Assembly: GCA_013361065.1 (NCBI GenBank)
Contig: JABWAK010000001.1
Span: 4,547 to 68,546, forward strand
Origin: Bacteroidota bacterium
GTDB lineage: Bacteria > Bacteroidota > Ignavibacteria > UBA10030 > UBA8401
DNA: 64,000 nt
Direction: 5' to 3'
Below, piece by piece: positions 39,350 to 51,078 of the stretch. Within the stretch, counting starts at the first letter, position 1. The number at the start of each line of letters is the position of its first letter. A program made the position numbers and the translations under genes. Under the pieces are notes generated by a model that ran no database searches, had not been told where the DNA came from, and saw only the letters and a list, made by a program, of their open reading frames with translations.

Positions 39350-40543
39350 TTATGCCGTGCGCTTGCGCGTGCCGAGGTAGACCCCGGCCAGCACCGCGAT
39401 CACCAGCGCGCCGATCAGGATGTAGGTGAGCGTGCTGTCCTCGATCGGCTTCATGCCGGCGGACCAGAGTTTCGTCCGGGCATCGATCTCGTTGAGCTGC
39501 TCCTCGGTGAACATGCCGTGACGCATCATCACGGGGATCCACGACGGTTTCAGCTTGCTTCCCCAGGTCTTGTAGGCGAACGCTTCGAACATGGCGCTCT
39601 GCTCGGCCGGCGTACGCTGGGCGGTGTTCCGCGATTCCTCTTCAATGAACTTCAGGATGTTGGCGTACATCTCCTCGCCGTTGTTGAACGGTGCGATCGG
39701 GAGCTTCTCGGCCGCGAAGACCTCGTTGACCCCTTTCCAGAACACCCCGTCCGTGAGCGTGCGCCAGTTGGCGATCAGCCCGGCGATCTCCGCCACTTCC
39801 TTCCCCTGCTGCGACGCGGGAACGTACGCTTTGGAGAGCTTCTGCCCCACGCCGCTCCAGGATGACTCGAACCGGCGCTGCTCGTTGAGCAGCTGCGGGA
39901 TCTGTTGCGGCGAGAAGCTGGCGGAGGAGAGGAACAGGATGTTGTCGTTCACCGAACGGCGGATGCTCGCCACGACGTTCTTCTTCTCCAGCACGGAGAG
40001 CTTCTTCATGTCGGTGCCGGAGAGCTGGTCCGTATCGTACTTCACGAACAGACTGTCCACCAGCGCGAAGACCGCTTCGTCCCGCTTCTGGATCTCGCTC
40101 TGCAGCATGGCGATGGTCTTCTTCAGCGTGGCGAGTTCCGCCTGCGCCTTGGCCAGCTGCGAACGGAGCGAGGCGTTCTCTTCCTTCAGGGACTGCACCT
40201 GACCGGTGAGGGAGGCGATCTCCTTCTCCAGCTGTGATGCGCGGATCTTCTTCTCGGCCAGCTCCTTGGACTTCTTGAGCCGGTCGATCAGTCCGTCATA
40301 CCCGTCAGGGAAGACCGCCTTGTTTAGGAACTCCTGATGCGGTTTGAATTCGTTCTCGAACGCCGTCACGTCGGCAACGAGTTTCGTCAGCGCTTCTTCG
40401 TTCTCGGCGCTGTTCAGGTTCTTGGTGAGCAGTACGAAGCGGGTCTCGAAATCCTTCTTGATCTCGGACTGCGTCCGTTCCTGAGCATTCGCGGTGCCGA
40501 GCAGCAGGAACAGACCAACAAGCAGAGTGATGCGTGTTCTCAT
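39350..40543 (-). CDS. Exported coiled-coil protein with C-terminal TM anchor (paralog B)
   Basis: Has signal peptide MRTRITLLVGLFLLLGTANAQE, a coiled coil and a C-terminal TM (LTYILIGALVIAVLAGVYLGTRKR). Shares these blocks with paralog A: AQERT.SE.K.DFE, ENE(Y/F)KPH.EFLN, KRD.A.FALVDSLF, EQR.FES.W, LKP.W.PVM. The ATG overlaps the upstream stop (ATGA). Confidence 0.8.
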   Translation of the reverse strand: MRTRITLLVGLFLLLGTANAQERTQSEIKKDFETRFVLLTKNLNSAENEEALTKLVADVTAFENEFKPHQEFLNKAVFPDGYDGLIDRLKKSKELAEKKIRASQLEKEIASLTGQVQSLKEENASLRSQLAKAQAELATLKKTIAMLQSEIQKRDEAVFALVDSLFVKYDTDQLSGTDMKKLSVLEKKNVVASIRRSVNDNILFLSSASFSPQQIPQLLNEQRRFESSWSGVGQKLSKAYVPASQQGKEVAEIAGLIANWRTLTDGVFWKGVNEVFAAEKLPIAPFNNGEEMYANILKFIEEESRNTAQRTPAEQSAMFEAFAYKTWGSKLKPSWIPVMMRHGMFTEEQLNEIDARTKLWSAGMKPIEDSTLTYILIGALVIAVLAGVYLGTRKRTA

Positions 40544-41010
40544 TTCTTACCTCCCAGAGGTTGGGCTGCCCCTTTGGTCAGCTGGAATTTCTCTTTACCG
40601 TTCCACAGTTCGATGTAGGAACCTTTCTGGTCGAATTTCGGGTCGTCCATCTGTTTCTCGGGCGAGATGGAGAGGGTCGACGCCACGGAGAGGGCGCCGT
40701 CACCCTGAGCCAGCACGTACACGTTCTTGAACTTCTTGCCGGTCACATAATAGAAGCCCGCTTTGTCGCGGATGAGACGCAATTCCTTCGTCCCTTTCGC
40801 GGCGGCAGAATCGGCGCCGAACTCCTGCGCCAGGAGGGCGCTGACGGTGAAGGCGACGCTGTAGCGTTTCGCGTCGACCATACCTTTGCCGTTGACATCG
40901 ACGATCTCTTCCGCTGCCCAGGAGAAATCGGCCGGCTGCAGCTGCAGGGATGAGCATCCGACGATGGTGAGCGATGCGGTGATCATGATGATGAGCAGTG
41001 TCTTCTTCAT
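40540..41010 (-). CDS. Hypothetical lipoprotein
   Basis: 156 aa. MKKTLLIIMITASLTIVGCSS (lipobox), preceded by AAGGAGAGG. Starts 27 nt after the gyrA stop. Confidence 0.75.
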   Translation of the reverse strand: MKKTLLIIMITASLTIVGCSSLQLQPADFSWAAEEIVDVNGKGMVDAKRYSVAFTVSALLAQEFGADSAAAKGTKELRLIRDKAGFYYVTGKKFKNVYVLAQGDGALSVASTLSISPEKQMDDPKFDQKGSYIELWNGKEKFQLTKGAAQPLGGKK

Positions 41011-41037
41011 GGTTCCTCTCCTTCTATGATGGAATGG

Positions 41038-43821
41038 TTATTTCTTCTTTTTCTTCTTCGCTTTCGGTGCCGGTTTGGGTGCTGCTTTCGGCTTCGGCGC
41101 CGGAGTGCTCTTTTTGGCCGCCGGTTTCTGTTTCGGCGCCGGTGCTTTCTTCGCCGGTGCAGACTTCACCTTCTCCTCCGCTTTTTCTTTCCCTTTGACC
41201 GGAGCGGTGCTCTTTCCCGAACCTTTTGTTGCTGCAGAAGGTTCCGGTGCGGGCGCCGGGTCATTCTTCGTCTTCTTCAGGGCTTTTTTTTTACCGCCGA
41301 AGAGGTCCTCTGCAATGGTGTCGTCCGATCCCTGCGGTGCCGGTGCAGCGGCGGCGCGCGCCTTATCGGCCGCCTCCAGCTGCTTCTCCTCCTCGTCCTC
41401 CGAGGTGACGATGGCGACCGCCGTAACGGTATCGTTCGCGCCGAGACGGATGAGCCGCACGCCGGAGGTGTTCCGTCCGGAGACGCGGATATCCTCCGCA
41501 CGCTGGCGGATGATCATGCCGCTGCTGGAGACGACGACGATGTCGTCCGTATCCTGCACCTCTTTGATGGCGATCATCTTGCCGGTCTTGTCGTTCGCTT
41601 TCAGCGTTGCGATCCCTTTGCCGCCGCGGTGGCTCACACGGTAATCGCCCAGGTCCGAGCGCTTGCCGAAGCCGTTCTCGGTGGCGACGAGGATGGTGGT
41701 CTTGGTCCGCTTCAGCGAGACGGCGCCGATGACCTTGTCCCCTTTCTCCAGTTTGATGGCGCGGACGCCCGATGCGCTGCGGCCCATGGCGCGGACCTCG
41801 CTCTCCGGGAACCGGATGGCGATCCCTTCGTGCGTGCCGATGACGAGCTCGTGCGTGCCGTCGGTCAGTTTCACGTCGCGCAGCAGGTCCTTGCCGTCCA
41901 GACTGATGGCGCCGATACCGCTCCGGCGGGGATTGCTGAACTCCATCAGCGACGTCTTCTTCATCTGTCCCTCTTCGGTGACCATGAAGACGAACTGGTT
42001 CTCTGTGAATTCTTTGACGCTCAGGAAGGCCGTAATGTTCTCCTCGGCCTCCTTCGCGATCAGGTTGGTGATGGCCTTCCCCTTGGAGGCGCGGCCGCCT
42101 TCGGGGACCTCGAACACCTTCAGCCAGTAGCATTTCCCCTTGTCCGTGAAGAAGAGGATATAATTGTGCGTGCTGGCAATGAACATATGCTCGACGAAAT
42201 CGTCCTCGCGGGATGCCGCTCCGGTGACCCCTTTGCCGCCGCGGGACTGGCGGCGGTAGCCGCTCACCGGGAAACGCTTGATATAGCCGCCGTGTGAGAT
42301 GGTGATCACCACTTCCTCTTCCGCGATCATATCCTCGATCTTGAACTCGGTCTGCTTCATCACGATCTCGGTGCGGCGCGGATCGGCGAACTTCTCGCGG
42401 ATGGCGAGGAGTTCCTCTTTGATGAGCTGCAGCTGGAGCTGCTTGCTGCCCAGGATCGCCTTCAGGCGGTTGATCAGCTTGATCAGGTCGCGGTACTCAT
42501 CCTCGATCTTCTTGCGTTCCAGTCCGGTCAGCCGCTGCAGGCGCATGTCCAGGATAGCCTGCGCCTGGATCTCGGAGAGCTTGAACTTCTTCATCAGGCC
42601 GATCTTGGCGGTCTCGGTGTCCTTGGACGCCTTGATGAGCTTGATAATGGCATCGATGTTGTCCAGCGCGATGATGTAGCCTTCCAGGATGTGCGCGCGT
42701 TTCTCGGCGGCATCCAGGTCGAACTTGGTGCGGCGGACCACCACGTCGTTGCGGTGTTCGATGAAGTGATGGATCATATCCTTCAGCTGCAGCACCTGCG
42801 GACGGCCGTCCACGAGCGCCAGCATGATGATACCGAAGGTGGTCTGCATCTGCGTGTGCTTGTAGAGGTTGTTCAGCACCACGCTCGCATTGGCATCGCG
42901 TTTCAGGTCGACCACGATGCGCATGCCGTCGCGGTCCGACTCGTCGTTGATGCCGGAGATATCGTCGATCTTCTTGTCGCGCACCAGCTCGGCGATCTTC
43001 TCGATGAGCGATGCCTTGTTCACCTGGTACGGGATCTCGGAGATGATGATGCTCTGCCGGTCGTTCTTCGCCGTCTCGATGGTCGCCTTGGCGCGGATGG
43101 TGATCTTGCCGCGGCCGGTCTTGTACGCCTCCTTCACCCCGTCGTACCCGTAGATGATGCCGCCGGTCGGGAAGTCGGGCGCCTTGATGTGCTTCATCAG
43201 CTTGTCGTTGTCGATGCTGCGGTCACCGATCATCGCCACCACGCCGTCGATCACCTCGCCGAGGTTGTGCGGCGGGATGTTCGTGGTCATACCGACCGCG
43301 ATACCGCTCGCGCCGTTCACCAGCAGGTTCGGGATGGCGGCCGGGAGCACCTTCGGCTCCAGCAGCGTATCGTCGAAGTTCGGCGAGAAGTCGACCGTGT
43401 TCTTCTCGATGTCGCGGAGCATCTCCTCCGCCACGCGGGTCATGCGGACCTCGGTATACCGCATCGCGGCGGCGGAATCACCGTCCACCGACCCGAAGTT
43501 CCCCTGGCCGTCCACCAGCATGTAGCGGAGCGAGAAGTCCTGCGCCATGCGGACGATGGTGTCGTACACCGATGCGTCGCCGTGCGGATGGTACTTACCG
43601 AGTACCTCTCCGACCACGCGTGCGCTCTTCTTGTACGGTTTGTTCGGCATCAGGCTCAGTTCGTTCATGCCGTACAGCACGCGCCGGTGGACCGGCTTCA
43701 GGCCGTCCCGGACATCCGGGAGGGCGCGGGCGACGATGACCGACATCGAGTAATCGATGTACGAGCCTTTCATCTCTTCTTCAATATCGACGGGGAGTAT
43801 GCGTTCGTTGGATGTGGCCAT
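41038..43821 (-). CDS. gyrA: DNA gyrase subunit A with extended Lys/Ala/Pro-rich C-terminal tail
   Basis: [18 protein letters not shown], the active-site AAMRYTEVR, and six beta-pinwheel CTD blades. Ends with a ~120-aa tail (...[37 protein letters not shown]). Confidence 0.95.
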   Translation of the reverse strand: MATSNERILPVDIEEEMKGSYIDYSMSVIVARALPDVRDGLKPVHRRVLYGMNELSLMPNKPYKKSARVVGEVLGKYHPHGDASVYDTIVRMAQDFSLRYMLVDGQGNFGSVDGDSAAAMRYTEVRMTRVAEEMLRDIEKNTVDFSPNFDDTLLEPKVLPAAIPNLLVNGASGIAVGMTTNIPPHNLGEVIDGVVAMIGDRSIDNDKLMKHIKAPDFPTGGIIYGYDGVKEAYKTGRGKITIRAKATIETAKNDRQSIIISEIPYQVNKASLIEKIAELVRDKKIDDISGINDESDRDGMRIVVDLKRDANASVVLNNLYKHTQMQTTFGIIMLALVDGRPQVLQLKDMIHHFIEHRNDVVVRRTKFDLDAAEKRAHILEGYIIALDNIDAIIKLIKASKDTETAKIGLMKKFKLSEIQAQAILDMRLQRLTGLERKKIEDEYRDLIKLINRLKAILGSKQLQLQLIKEELLAIREKFADPRRTEIVMKQTEFKIEDMIAEEEVVITISHGGYIKRFPVSGYRRQSRGGKGVTGAASREDDFVEHMFIASTHNYILFFTDKGKCYWLKVFEVPEGGRASKGKAITNLIAKEAEENITAFLSVKEFTENQFVFMVTEEGQMKKTSLMEFSNPRRSGIGAISLDGKDLLRDVKLTDGTHELVIGTHEGIAIRFPESEVRAMGRSASGVRAIKLEKGDKVIGAVSLKRTKTTILVATENGFGKRSDLGDYRVSHRGGKGIATLKANDKTGKMIAIKEVQDTDDIVVVSSSGMIIRQRAEDIRVSGRNTSGVRLIRLGANDTVTAVAIVTSEDEEEKQLEAADKARAAAAPAPQGSDDTIAEDLFGGKKKALKKTKNDPAPAPEPSAATKGSGKSTAPVKGKEKAEEKVKSAPAKKAPAPKQKPAAKKSTPAPKPKAAPKPAPKAKKKKKK

Positions 43822-43862
43822 ATGCTCTTATGAAATGATGGATGTTCCGGATTCGGTATCGG

Positions 43863-45932
<2,070 letters not shown>

Positions 45933-46226
45933 TTATCGGAATTTGATGTCGGTGATGCTGGCGGAGTTCGTCCGCTCGTGGATCTTCTCCAGCAGCTCCC
46001 GTTTACGGAAGGTCAGTTCCGAGCGCCACGGCGCGTTGTTCACGGCTACGATGAGCACGCCGTTCTGGATCCGTTCCGGCTGCGCCACCTTCGCCACCTG
46101 CGGACCGACCACTTCGTTCCACACGTCGAAGATCTTGTACTGTTCCACCTGCTTCTCGATGCCGAGGCTCTGCACGAGCTGCTTCAGCGCGTCGCCGATG
46201 GATTGCATGTTCTCTTTGCGGATCAT
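45933..46226 (-). CDS. DUF721 (DciA-like) protein
   Basis: Internal ATG gives ~97 aa (MIRKENMQSIGDALKQLVQSLGIEKQVEQYKIFDVWNEVVGPQVAKV...GVLIVAVNNAPWRSELTFRKRELLEKI), the classic DUF721 pattern. It sits in the conserved slot between recF and gyrB. Confidence 0.75.
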   Translation of the reverse strand: MIRKENMQSIGDALKQLVQSLGIEKQVEQYKIFDVWNEVVGPQVAKVAQPERIQNGVLIVAVNNAPWRSELTFRKRELLEKIHERTNSASITDIKFR

Positions 46227-46257
46227 GGACCGTCCGTTGCGTGCGTTGCCGTGCGGC

Positions 46258-47391
46258 TCAGGCCGCCTGCAGTGTGCCGGCGAGCGCGCCGTTGCGGATG
46301 AAGAACCTCCGCCGTTCGTTGTTCCACTCCGCGCCGCCGAACACCTTCTCGCTGGTGGTGGTGATGAAGATCTGACCGAGCGATTCCGCCACGGTGAGCA
46401 GTTTGCGGCTGCGGTGCTCGTCCAGCTCGCTGAACACATCGTCCAGCAGGAAGACCGGCGTTTCGCTGCAGCGTTCCTTCAGATAGAAGAACTCCGCCAC
46501 CTTCAGCGCCACCAGGAAGGTCTTGTGTTGTCCCTGCGACGCATAATGCTTGAGCGACATCCCGTTCAGCGTGAAGAGCATCTCGTCCCGGTGCGGGCCG
46601 ACGAGGGTGGTGCGGAACCGGAGTTCGTCGTTCCTCTTCCGGTGCAGTTTGGCCATCATCGCCTCAGCGATGCCGCCGACCGTCGGTGCTTCGGAGAGGT
46701 CCACGGAAGGAGCGTACTCGATCCGCGGCGTCTCCCGTTCATCCACGATCTCCAGATAGGTGCGGGCGATGAACGGGGCGAACTCGTTCAGGAACGTGCT
46801 GCGCCGGTGGATGATGCGCGCGCCGGTGTTCACCAGCATCTCGTTCCAGGGTGCGATCTCCGCACTGCAGTCCCGGCCGTTCGCGTCCGCCAGCACCGCA
46901 TTCCGCTGCCGCACGATGCGGCGGTATTCCAGTGAATCCTCGATGTACGCGGCACTGCTCTGCGAGATCACCAGGTCCGCGAACTTCCGCCGGTCCGCCG
47001 GGGACCCGAAGGTGATCGCGTTGTTCTCCGGCGAGAGGACCACCACCGGGAACATGCCGATGACAGAGGAGAACCGTTCCGCTTCGGCGCCGTTGATGGT
47101 GAATTTCTTCTCCTTCTTCGTGTCGTCGTACGCCACCCGCACCTGGAACTCCTTCCCCTCGTCCGACACCATCGTGCTCCGCACCTCGAAGAAGGTCTGC
47201 TGCTGCTGCATCACCATGGCGTCCGAACTGGCATAGAAACTCTTGGTGAGACAGAGGAAGGAGAGCGCTTCGAGAGCGTTCGTCTTCCCCTGGCCGTTCT
47301 CTCCCAGCAGCACATTGACCCGTGCGCCGAAATCGAACGCCGTTTCGCGGTGGTTGCGGAAACTGCGCAGGTGGGCGTTGGTGATCCTCAT
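46258..47391 (-). CDS. recF: DNA replication/repair protein RecF
   Basis: MRITNAHLRSFRNH.., Walker A (GENGQGKTNALEA), signature (SQGQHKTFLVALKVAEF) and Walker B (LLDDVFSELD). Confidence 0.95.
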   Translation of the reverse strand: MRITNAHLRSFRNHRETAFDFGARVNVLLGENGQGKTNALEALSFLCLTKSFYASSDAMVMQQQQTFFEVRSTMVSDEGKEFQVRVAYDDTKKEKKFTINGAEAERFSSVIGMFPVVVLSPENNAITFGSPADRRKFADLVISQSSAAYIEDSLEYRRIVRQRNAVLADANGRDCSAEIAPWNEMLVNTGARIIHRRSTFLNEFAPFIARTYLEIVDERETPRIEYAPSVDLSEAPTVGGIAEAMMAKLHRKRNDELRFRTTLVGPHRDEMLFTLNGMSLKHYASQGQHKTFLVALKVAEFFYLKERCSETPVFLLDDVFSELDEHRSRKLLTVAESLGQIFITTTSEKVFGGAEWNNERRRFFIRNGALAGTLQAA

Positions 47392-47401
47392 CAGGCGATG
47401 G

Positions 47402-48520
47402 TCAGTTGTTCAGCCGCACCGGCATGATCAGCATCAGGACATCCTCCCCTTCCTTTTTGGTGACCGGGGAGACGATGGCTGCGCGGTTGGGCGAACTGAG
47501 CTTGAACTCCACCTCTTCGGAATCGATGTGCGACAGCACATCCATCACGTACGCGGAATTGAAGCCGATCTCCATCTCATCATCGTTGTAATCGCAGGAG
47601 ATCTTCTCCTTCGCTTCGCTGCCGAAATCCTGGTCCTCCGCGGTCACGCGGAGCTCGTCCTTGGCAACGGAGAGACGGATCTGGTGTGTGGTGGAGTTCG
47701 AATAGAGCGACACGCGGCGGACCGACTGCAGCATCTCGTTCTTGCTGACGATCAGCGCCCGTTCGTTGTCCAGCGGGATGACCGTCTCGTAATTCGGGTA
47801 TTTCTCCTCGATCAAGCGGGAGATGAGCGATGTGCCGTCGAACTTGAACATCACATGCGTTCCGCTGATGGAGACCTTCGTTTCGGAACCGGCTGCGACC
47901 TTGTCCAGCTGGGAGAGCGCTTTCGCCGGGATGATGATATCCTTCGTCAGTTTCGTATTGCCGAGGTTCTTGTTGTTCACCCGGACCAGGCGATGGCCGT
48001 CCGTGGCGACCGCACGCACCTCGCTCTTGGAGAACTGGAACAGCACGCCCATCATAGCAGGACGGAGCTCGTCCGCGCTGACGGCGAACATGGTGGTGCC
48101 GATGAGCCGCTGCAGCACCTGCACATCGAAGGTCACTTCCGCTTCCCCTTTGAATTCGGGGATGGCCGGGAATTCCTCGCTCGATTCGCCGGTGAGCGTA
48201 TATTCACCGTTGTCCGTCTTCATCTTGATCTTGTTGGACTCGGTGTCGATGGTGAAGGTGATGTTCGTATCGGAGAGCGCACGGACCGTATCCGAGATCC
48301 TCTTCGCCGGGATCGCGATGGTGCCGTTCTGAGCCCCCTGGACCTCCAGCGAGACGGACACGGAGATCTCCAGATCGGTCGCGGTGATCTTCAGCGTATT
48401 GGCATGGACGTCGAAATGGAGGTTCTCCAGGATGGGGAGCGTGGAACGGGTCGGTACGACACTGACGGTCTTTGCCAGCGCTTTTTGCAATTCTGCGCTC
48501 CGTACGGAAAATTTCATCAT
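47402..48520 (-). CDS. dnaN: DNA polymerase III beta sliding clamp
   Basis: 372 aa. MKFSVRSAELQKAL..VVPTRSTLPILENLHF; ends with MLIMPVRLN. AAGGAG lies upstream. Confidence 0.95.
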   Translation of the reverse strand: MMKFSVRSAELQKALAKTVSVVPTRSTLPILENLHFDVHANTLKITATDLEISVSVSLEVQGAQNGTIAIPAKRISDTVRALSDTNITFTIDTESNKIKMKTDNGEYTLTGESSEEFPAIPEFKGEAEVTFDVQVLQRLIGTTMFAVSADELRPAMMGVLFQFSKSEVRAVATDGHRLVRVNNKNLGNTKLTKDIIIPAKALSQLDKVAAGSETKVSISGTHVMFKFDGTSLISRLIEEKYPNYETVIPLDNERALIVSKNEMLQSVRRVSLYSNSTTHQIRLSVAKDELRVTAEDQDFGSEAKEKISCDYNDDEMEIGFNSAYVMDVLSHIDSEEVEFKLSSPNRAAIVSPVTKKEGEDVLMLIMPVRLNN

Positions 48521-48688
48521 CGGTCTCCTTAGAATATTGAGCGGGAAAGATAACTGTTCAGTGGGGAAATATACGAAAAATGTGCCGGATTGCCAATGGA
48601 AGAATGCCTGTAAGTATTTACTCTTTCAGTGAGTTAGGGGCTTCTTGAATGAGATATTCCATTCACTAAAGAATAACAACACTAATAG

Positions 48689-48884
48689 CGTGGATAAGTG
48701 GATAACATGGCAATAGCCGGTCCTTCGCTGGCAATTCCATAAAAAGAGCTGTCGATGACATGTTGGTACATCGGAAGATTGTCCACACTCATCCACACAC
48801 CGTACACCTTTCCTTCGCCGCACCGGATGTACCAACATTCCATTCACACTGTTCCACAGACGGTCCACAGGAATTTGTGGATAA
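48689..48884. other. DnaA-box cluster in the dnaN-dnaA intergenic region (possible second oriC module or dnaN regulatory region)
   Basis: Boxes relative to TTATCCACA: cGTGGATAA at 48689, aGTGGATAA at 48697, TTgTCCACA at 48779, TcATCCACA at 48789, and a perfect TGTGGATAA at 48876. Confidence 0.6.
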
Positions 48885-48950
48885 CATTTAAACGCAAAAG
48901 GGATCCGGAACCCCGGACCCCTTTGACTGCCGCCGCTTCCCGTATGATGC

Positions 48951-50405
48951 TCAGCGGGAATAGAGATCGATCTTCTTCTTGATCTGATCGATGGTCGTGC
49001 GGAACTTCGGATCGATCTTGATCTGCTCCTCCACCGTCTGATACGCGTGGATGACCGTGCTGTGGTCCCGTCCCCCGAAATTGAGACCGATGGTCTTGAG
49101 CGAACAGTTCGTCAGTTCCTTCGCCAGGTACATCGACACCTGCCGTGCGATCACCACCTCCTGCTTGCGCGTCTTGGCACGCAGCAGGTCGTTCGGGATG
49201 TCGTAATAGTCCGACACGATCCTCTGGATCTCCTCCACGGTGAGCGGGGAGCGGACCTCGGTGACGACGGAGCTGAGCACTTCCCGCGCCATCTCGATAT
49301 CGATATCCTTCCCCAGCAGCGAAGCGTTGAAGAGCAGTTTGGTATAGCAGCCCTCCAGCTCCCGCACGTTGGATTTGACGTTCGCTGCGATGAAATCGAG
49401 CACCGGCTCCGGGATGGTCACATCGTCCCGCTGGCACTTGTTGCGCAGGATGGCGGAGCGCGTTTCCAGATCGGGCGGCTGGATATCGGCGGTCAGCCCC
49501 CATTGGAACCGGGAGATGAGCCGCTCGTCCAGTCCCTGCAGTTCCTTCGGCGGCCGGTCGGAGGAGAGGATGATCTGTTTCCCGAGCTGATGGAGTGAAT
49601 TGAAGGTGTGGAAGAAGCTGTCCTGCGTCTTCTCCTTGCCGGTGAAGAACTGGATATCGTCCACGATCAGGATATCCATGCTCCGGTAGAAGTTGGAGAA
49701 GTCGGTGGTAGCGTCGTTCCGGATGGCATCGATGAACTCGTTGGTGAACTTCTCGCTCGACACGTACATCACCCGCTTCGCTTTGCCGGTCTCCAGGGCA
49801 TAATTACCGATCGCCTGCATCAGATGGGTCTTGCCGAGGCCGGTCCCGCCGTACAGCACCAGCGGATTGAACGAGGTCCCGCCGGGGTTGTTGGCGACCG
49901 CCATGGCTGCAGCGCGGGCCAGCTGGTTGCTCTCCCCTTTGATGAAATTATTGAACGTATTCCGTTTATTCAGGAAGGTCTTCTCGTACGCCAGCGGCTG
50001 GGAATAGAGCGACTGTTCGGCCTTCGCCGGCGTCACTTCCGGTGCCCGGCCCGCCGGTTCGTTCGGCGAGACAACGATGGCGGGCGCCGGTTCGTCCGAC
50101 GGGACCACCGTATAGGTGAGCGACGCTTTCTCGCCGAGCACCTTGGTCAGCGCGCCGGAGATAAGGGAATAGTAATGCTCCTCCAGCCATTCATAAAAGA
50201 ACTGGCTCGGCACGGTGACGGAAACAACATTGTTCTCGATCTTTACCGGCTTGATCGGTTCGAACCAGGTCTTAAAACTCTGCGAATTGATCTCAGGCTG
50301 GATGTGGGACAGGATCCTCTTCCAGACAGCCTCAAGCTCTTCGCTCTGCAGCAGGTCAGACTTCACCGTCGCGGAAGCATCGGAAGCAGTAACAATGGAA
50401 ATCAT
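48951..50405 (-). CDS. dnaA: Chromosomal replication initiator protein DnaA
   Basis: 484 aa with FNPLVLYGGTGLGKTHLMQAIGN (Walker A), LIVDDIQFF, a sensor/box VII region and the C-terminal DNA-binding GGRDHSTVIHAYQ. GAGGAG lies upstream. Confidence 0.95.
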   Translation of the reverse strand: MISIVTASDASATVKSDLLQSEELEAVWKRILSHIQPEINSQSFKTWFEPIKPVKIENNVVSVTVPSQFFYEWLEEHYYSLISGALTKVLGEKASLTYTVVPSDEPAPAIVVSPNEPAGRAPEVTPAKAEQSLYSQPLAYEKTFLNKRNTFNNFIKGESNQLARAAAMAVANNPGGTSFNPLVLYGGTGLGKTHLMQAIGNYALETGKAKRVMYVSSEKFTNEFIDAIRNDATTDFSNFYRSMDILIVDDIQFFTGKEKTQDSFFHTFNSLHQLGKQIILSSDRPPKELQGLDERLISRFQWGLTADIQPPDLETRSAILRNKCQRDDVTIPEPVLDFIAANVKSNVRELEGCYTKLLFNASLLGKDIDIEMAREVLSSVVTEVRSPLTVEEIQRIVSDYYDIPNDLLRAKTRKQEVVIARQVSMYLAKELTNCSLKTIGLNFGGRDHSTVIHAYQTVEEQIKIDPKFRTTIDQIKKKIDLYSR

Positions 50406-50864
50406 AACTCCTCGAACGTTATCAACACCAAATCAGGTGTTATACACAATCTTATTCACACAGAAAAAAATCGATTTCAAAAAACTTACAGGGAACCAAG
50501 AATTATACACATTATCATAACACCGGTAACCCCAAGCAAATCAACAACAGGACCACCCCTCCACCAACTTATCAACATCAACTGTGAATATCTTCCCGGC
50601 GCATTTTACCACGCTTCCATCACCGGTTCCAACCGAAAAAGTTATCCACATTTCATCCACACAACAGGATCGCCCGGCTGGACTCTTATTATATCGTACT
50701 TCATGGAGGGAAGTCAAGAGAAATGTTCGTACCAAAAAAAGAATTTTCGAACATCCCCGTAAACAGGCCAAAAATATACGGATAGGGGAGCAGCGGTGAA
50801 AATTATCTTGTTTGTCCGTCCATGTTTTCGTATTTTGTCTTGCTTTTATTCACCTGGAGAAACA
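50406..50864. other. Candidate oriC (dnaA-rpmH intergenic region)
   Basis: AT-rich 459-bp spacer with at least 7 co-oriented DnaA-type boxes: TTATCaACA at 50419, TTATaCACA at 50440, TTATtCACA at 50452, TTATaCACA at 50503, TTATCaACA at 50569, a perfect TTATCCACA at 50642, and TcATCCACA at 50653. Also has A/T tracts (cagaaaaaaatcgatttcaaaaaac). Gene orientation diverges here. Confidence 0.65.
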
Positions 50865-51017
50865 ATGAAACGCACATTCCAACCGCACAAACGTAAACGC
50901 AGGAACACCCACGGATTCCGTGAGCGCATGGCCACGAAGAACGGACGCAAGGTCCTTTCCAGCCGCCGTGCCAAAGGACGTCACAAACTGACCGTAAGCG
51001 ACGAACCGCGTTCCTAA
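50865..51017 (+). CDS. rpmH: 50S ribosomal protein L34
   Basis: Internal ATG at 50865 gives [44 protein letters not shown]. Confidence 0.95.
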   Translation: MKRTFQPHKRKRRNTHGFRERMATKNGRKVLSSRRAKGRHKLTVSDEPRS

Positions 51018-51078
51018 ACGCGGCGTTGCTTCCGTTCGTGCTTCTCTCCTCTCGGTCCATCAGGAAGCGGCGGCGTGA

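Noticed and set aside
48626-48982. ORFs of 75-80 aa in the dnaN-dnaA spacer, and ORFs of 71-101 aa in the dnaA-rpmH spacer (50215-50799).
   Set aside because: They lie in the AT-rich spacers that are packed with DnaA boxes. They overlap each other on both strands and have no SD or family resemblance. These spacers are better explained as origin or regulatory DNA.
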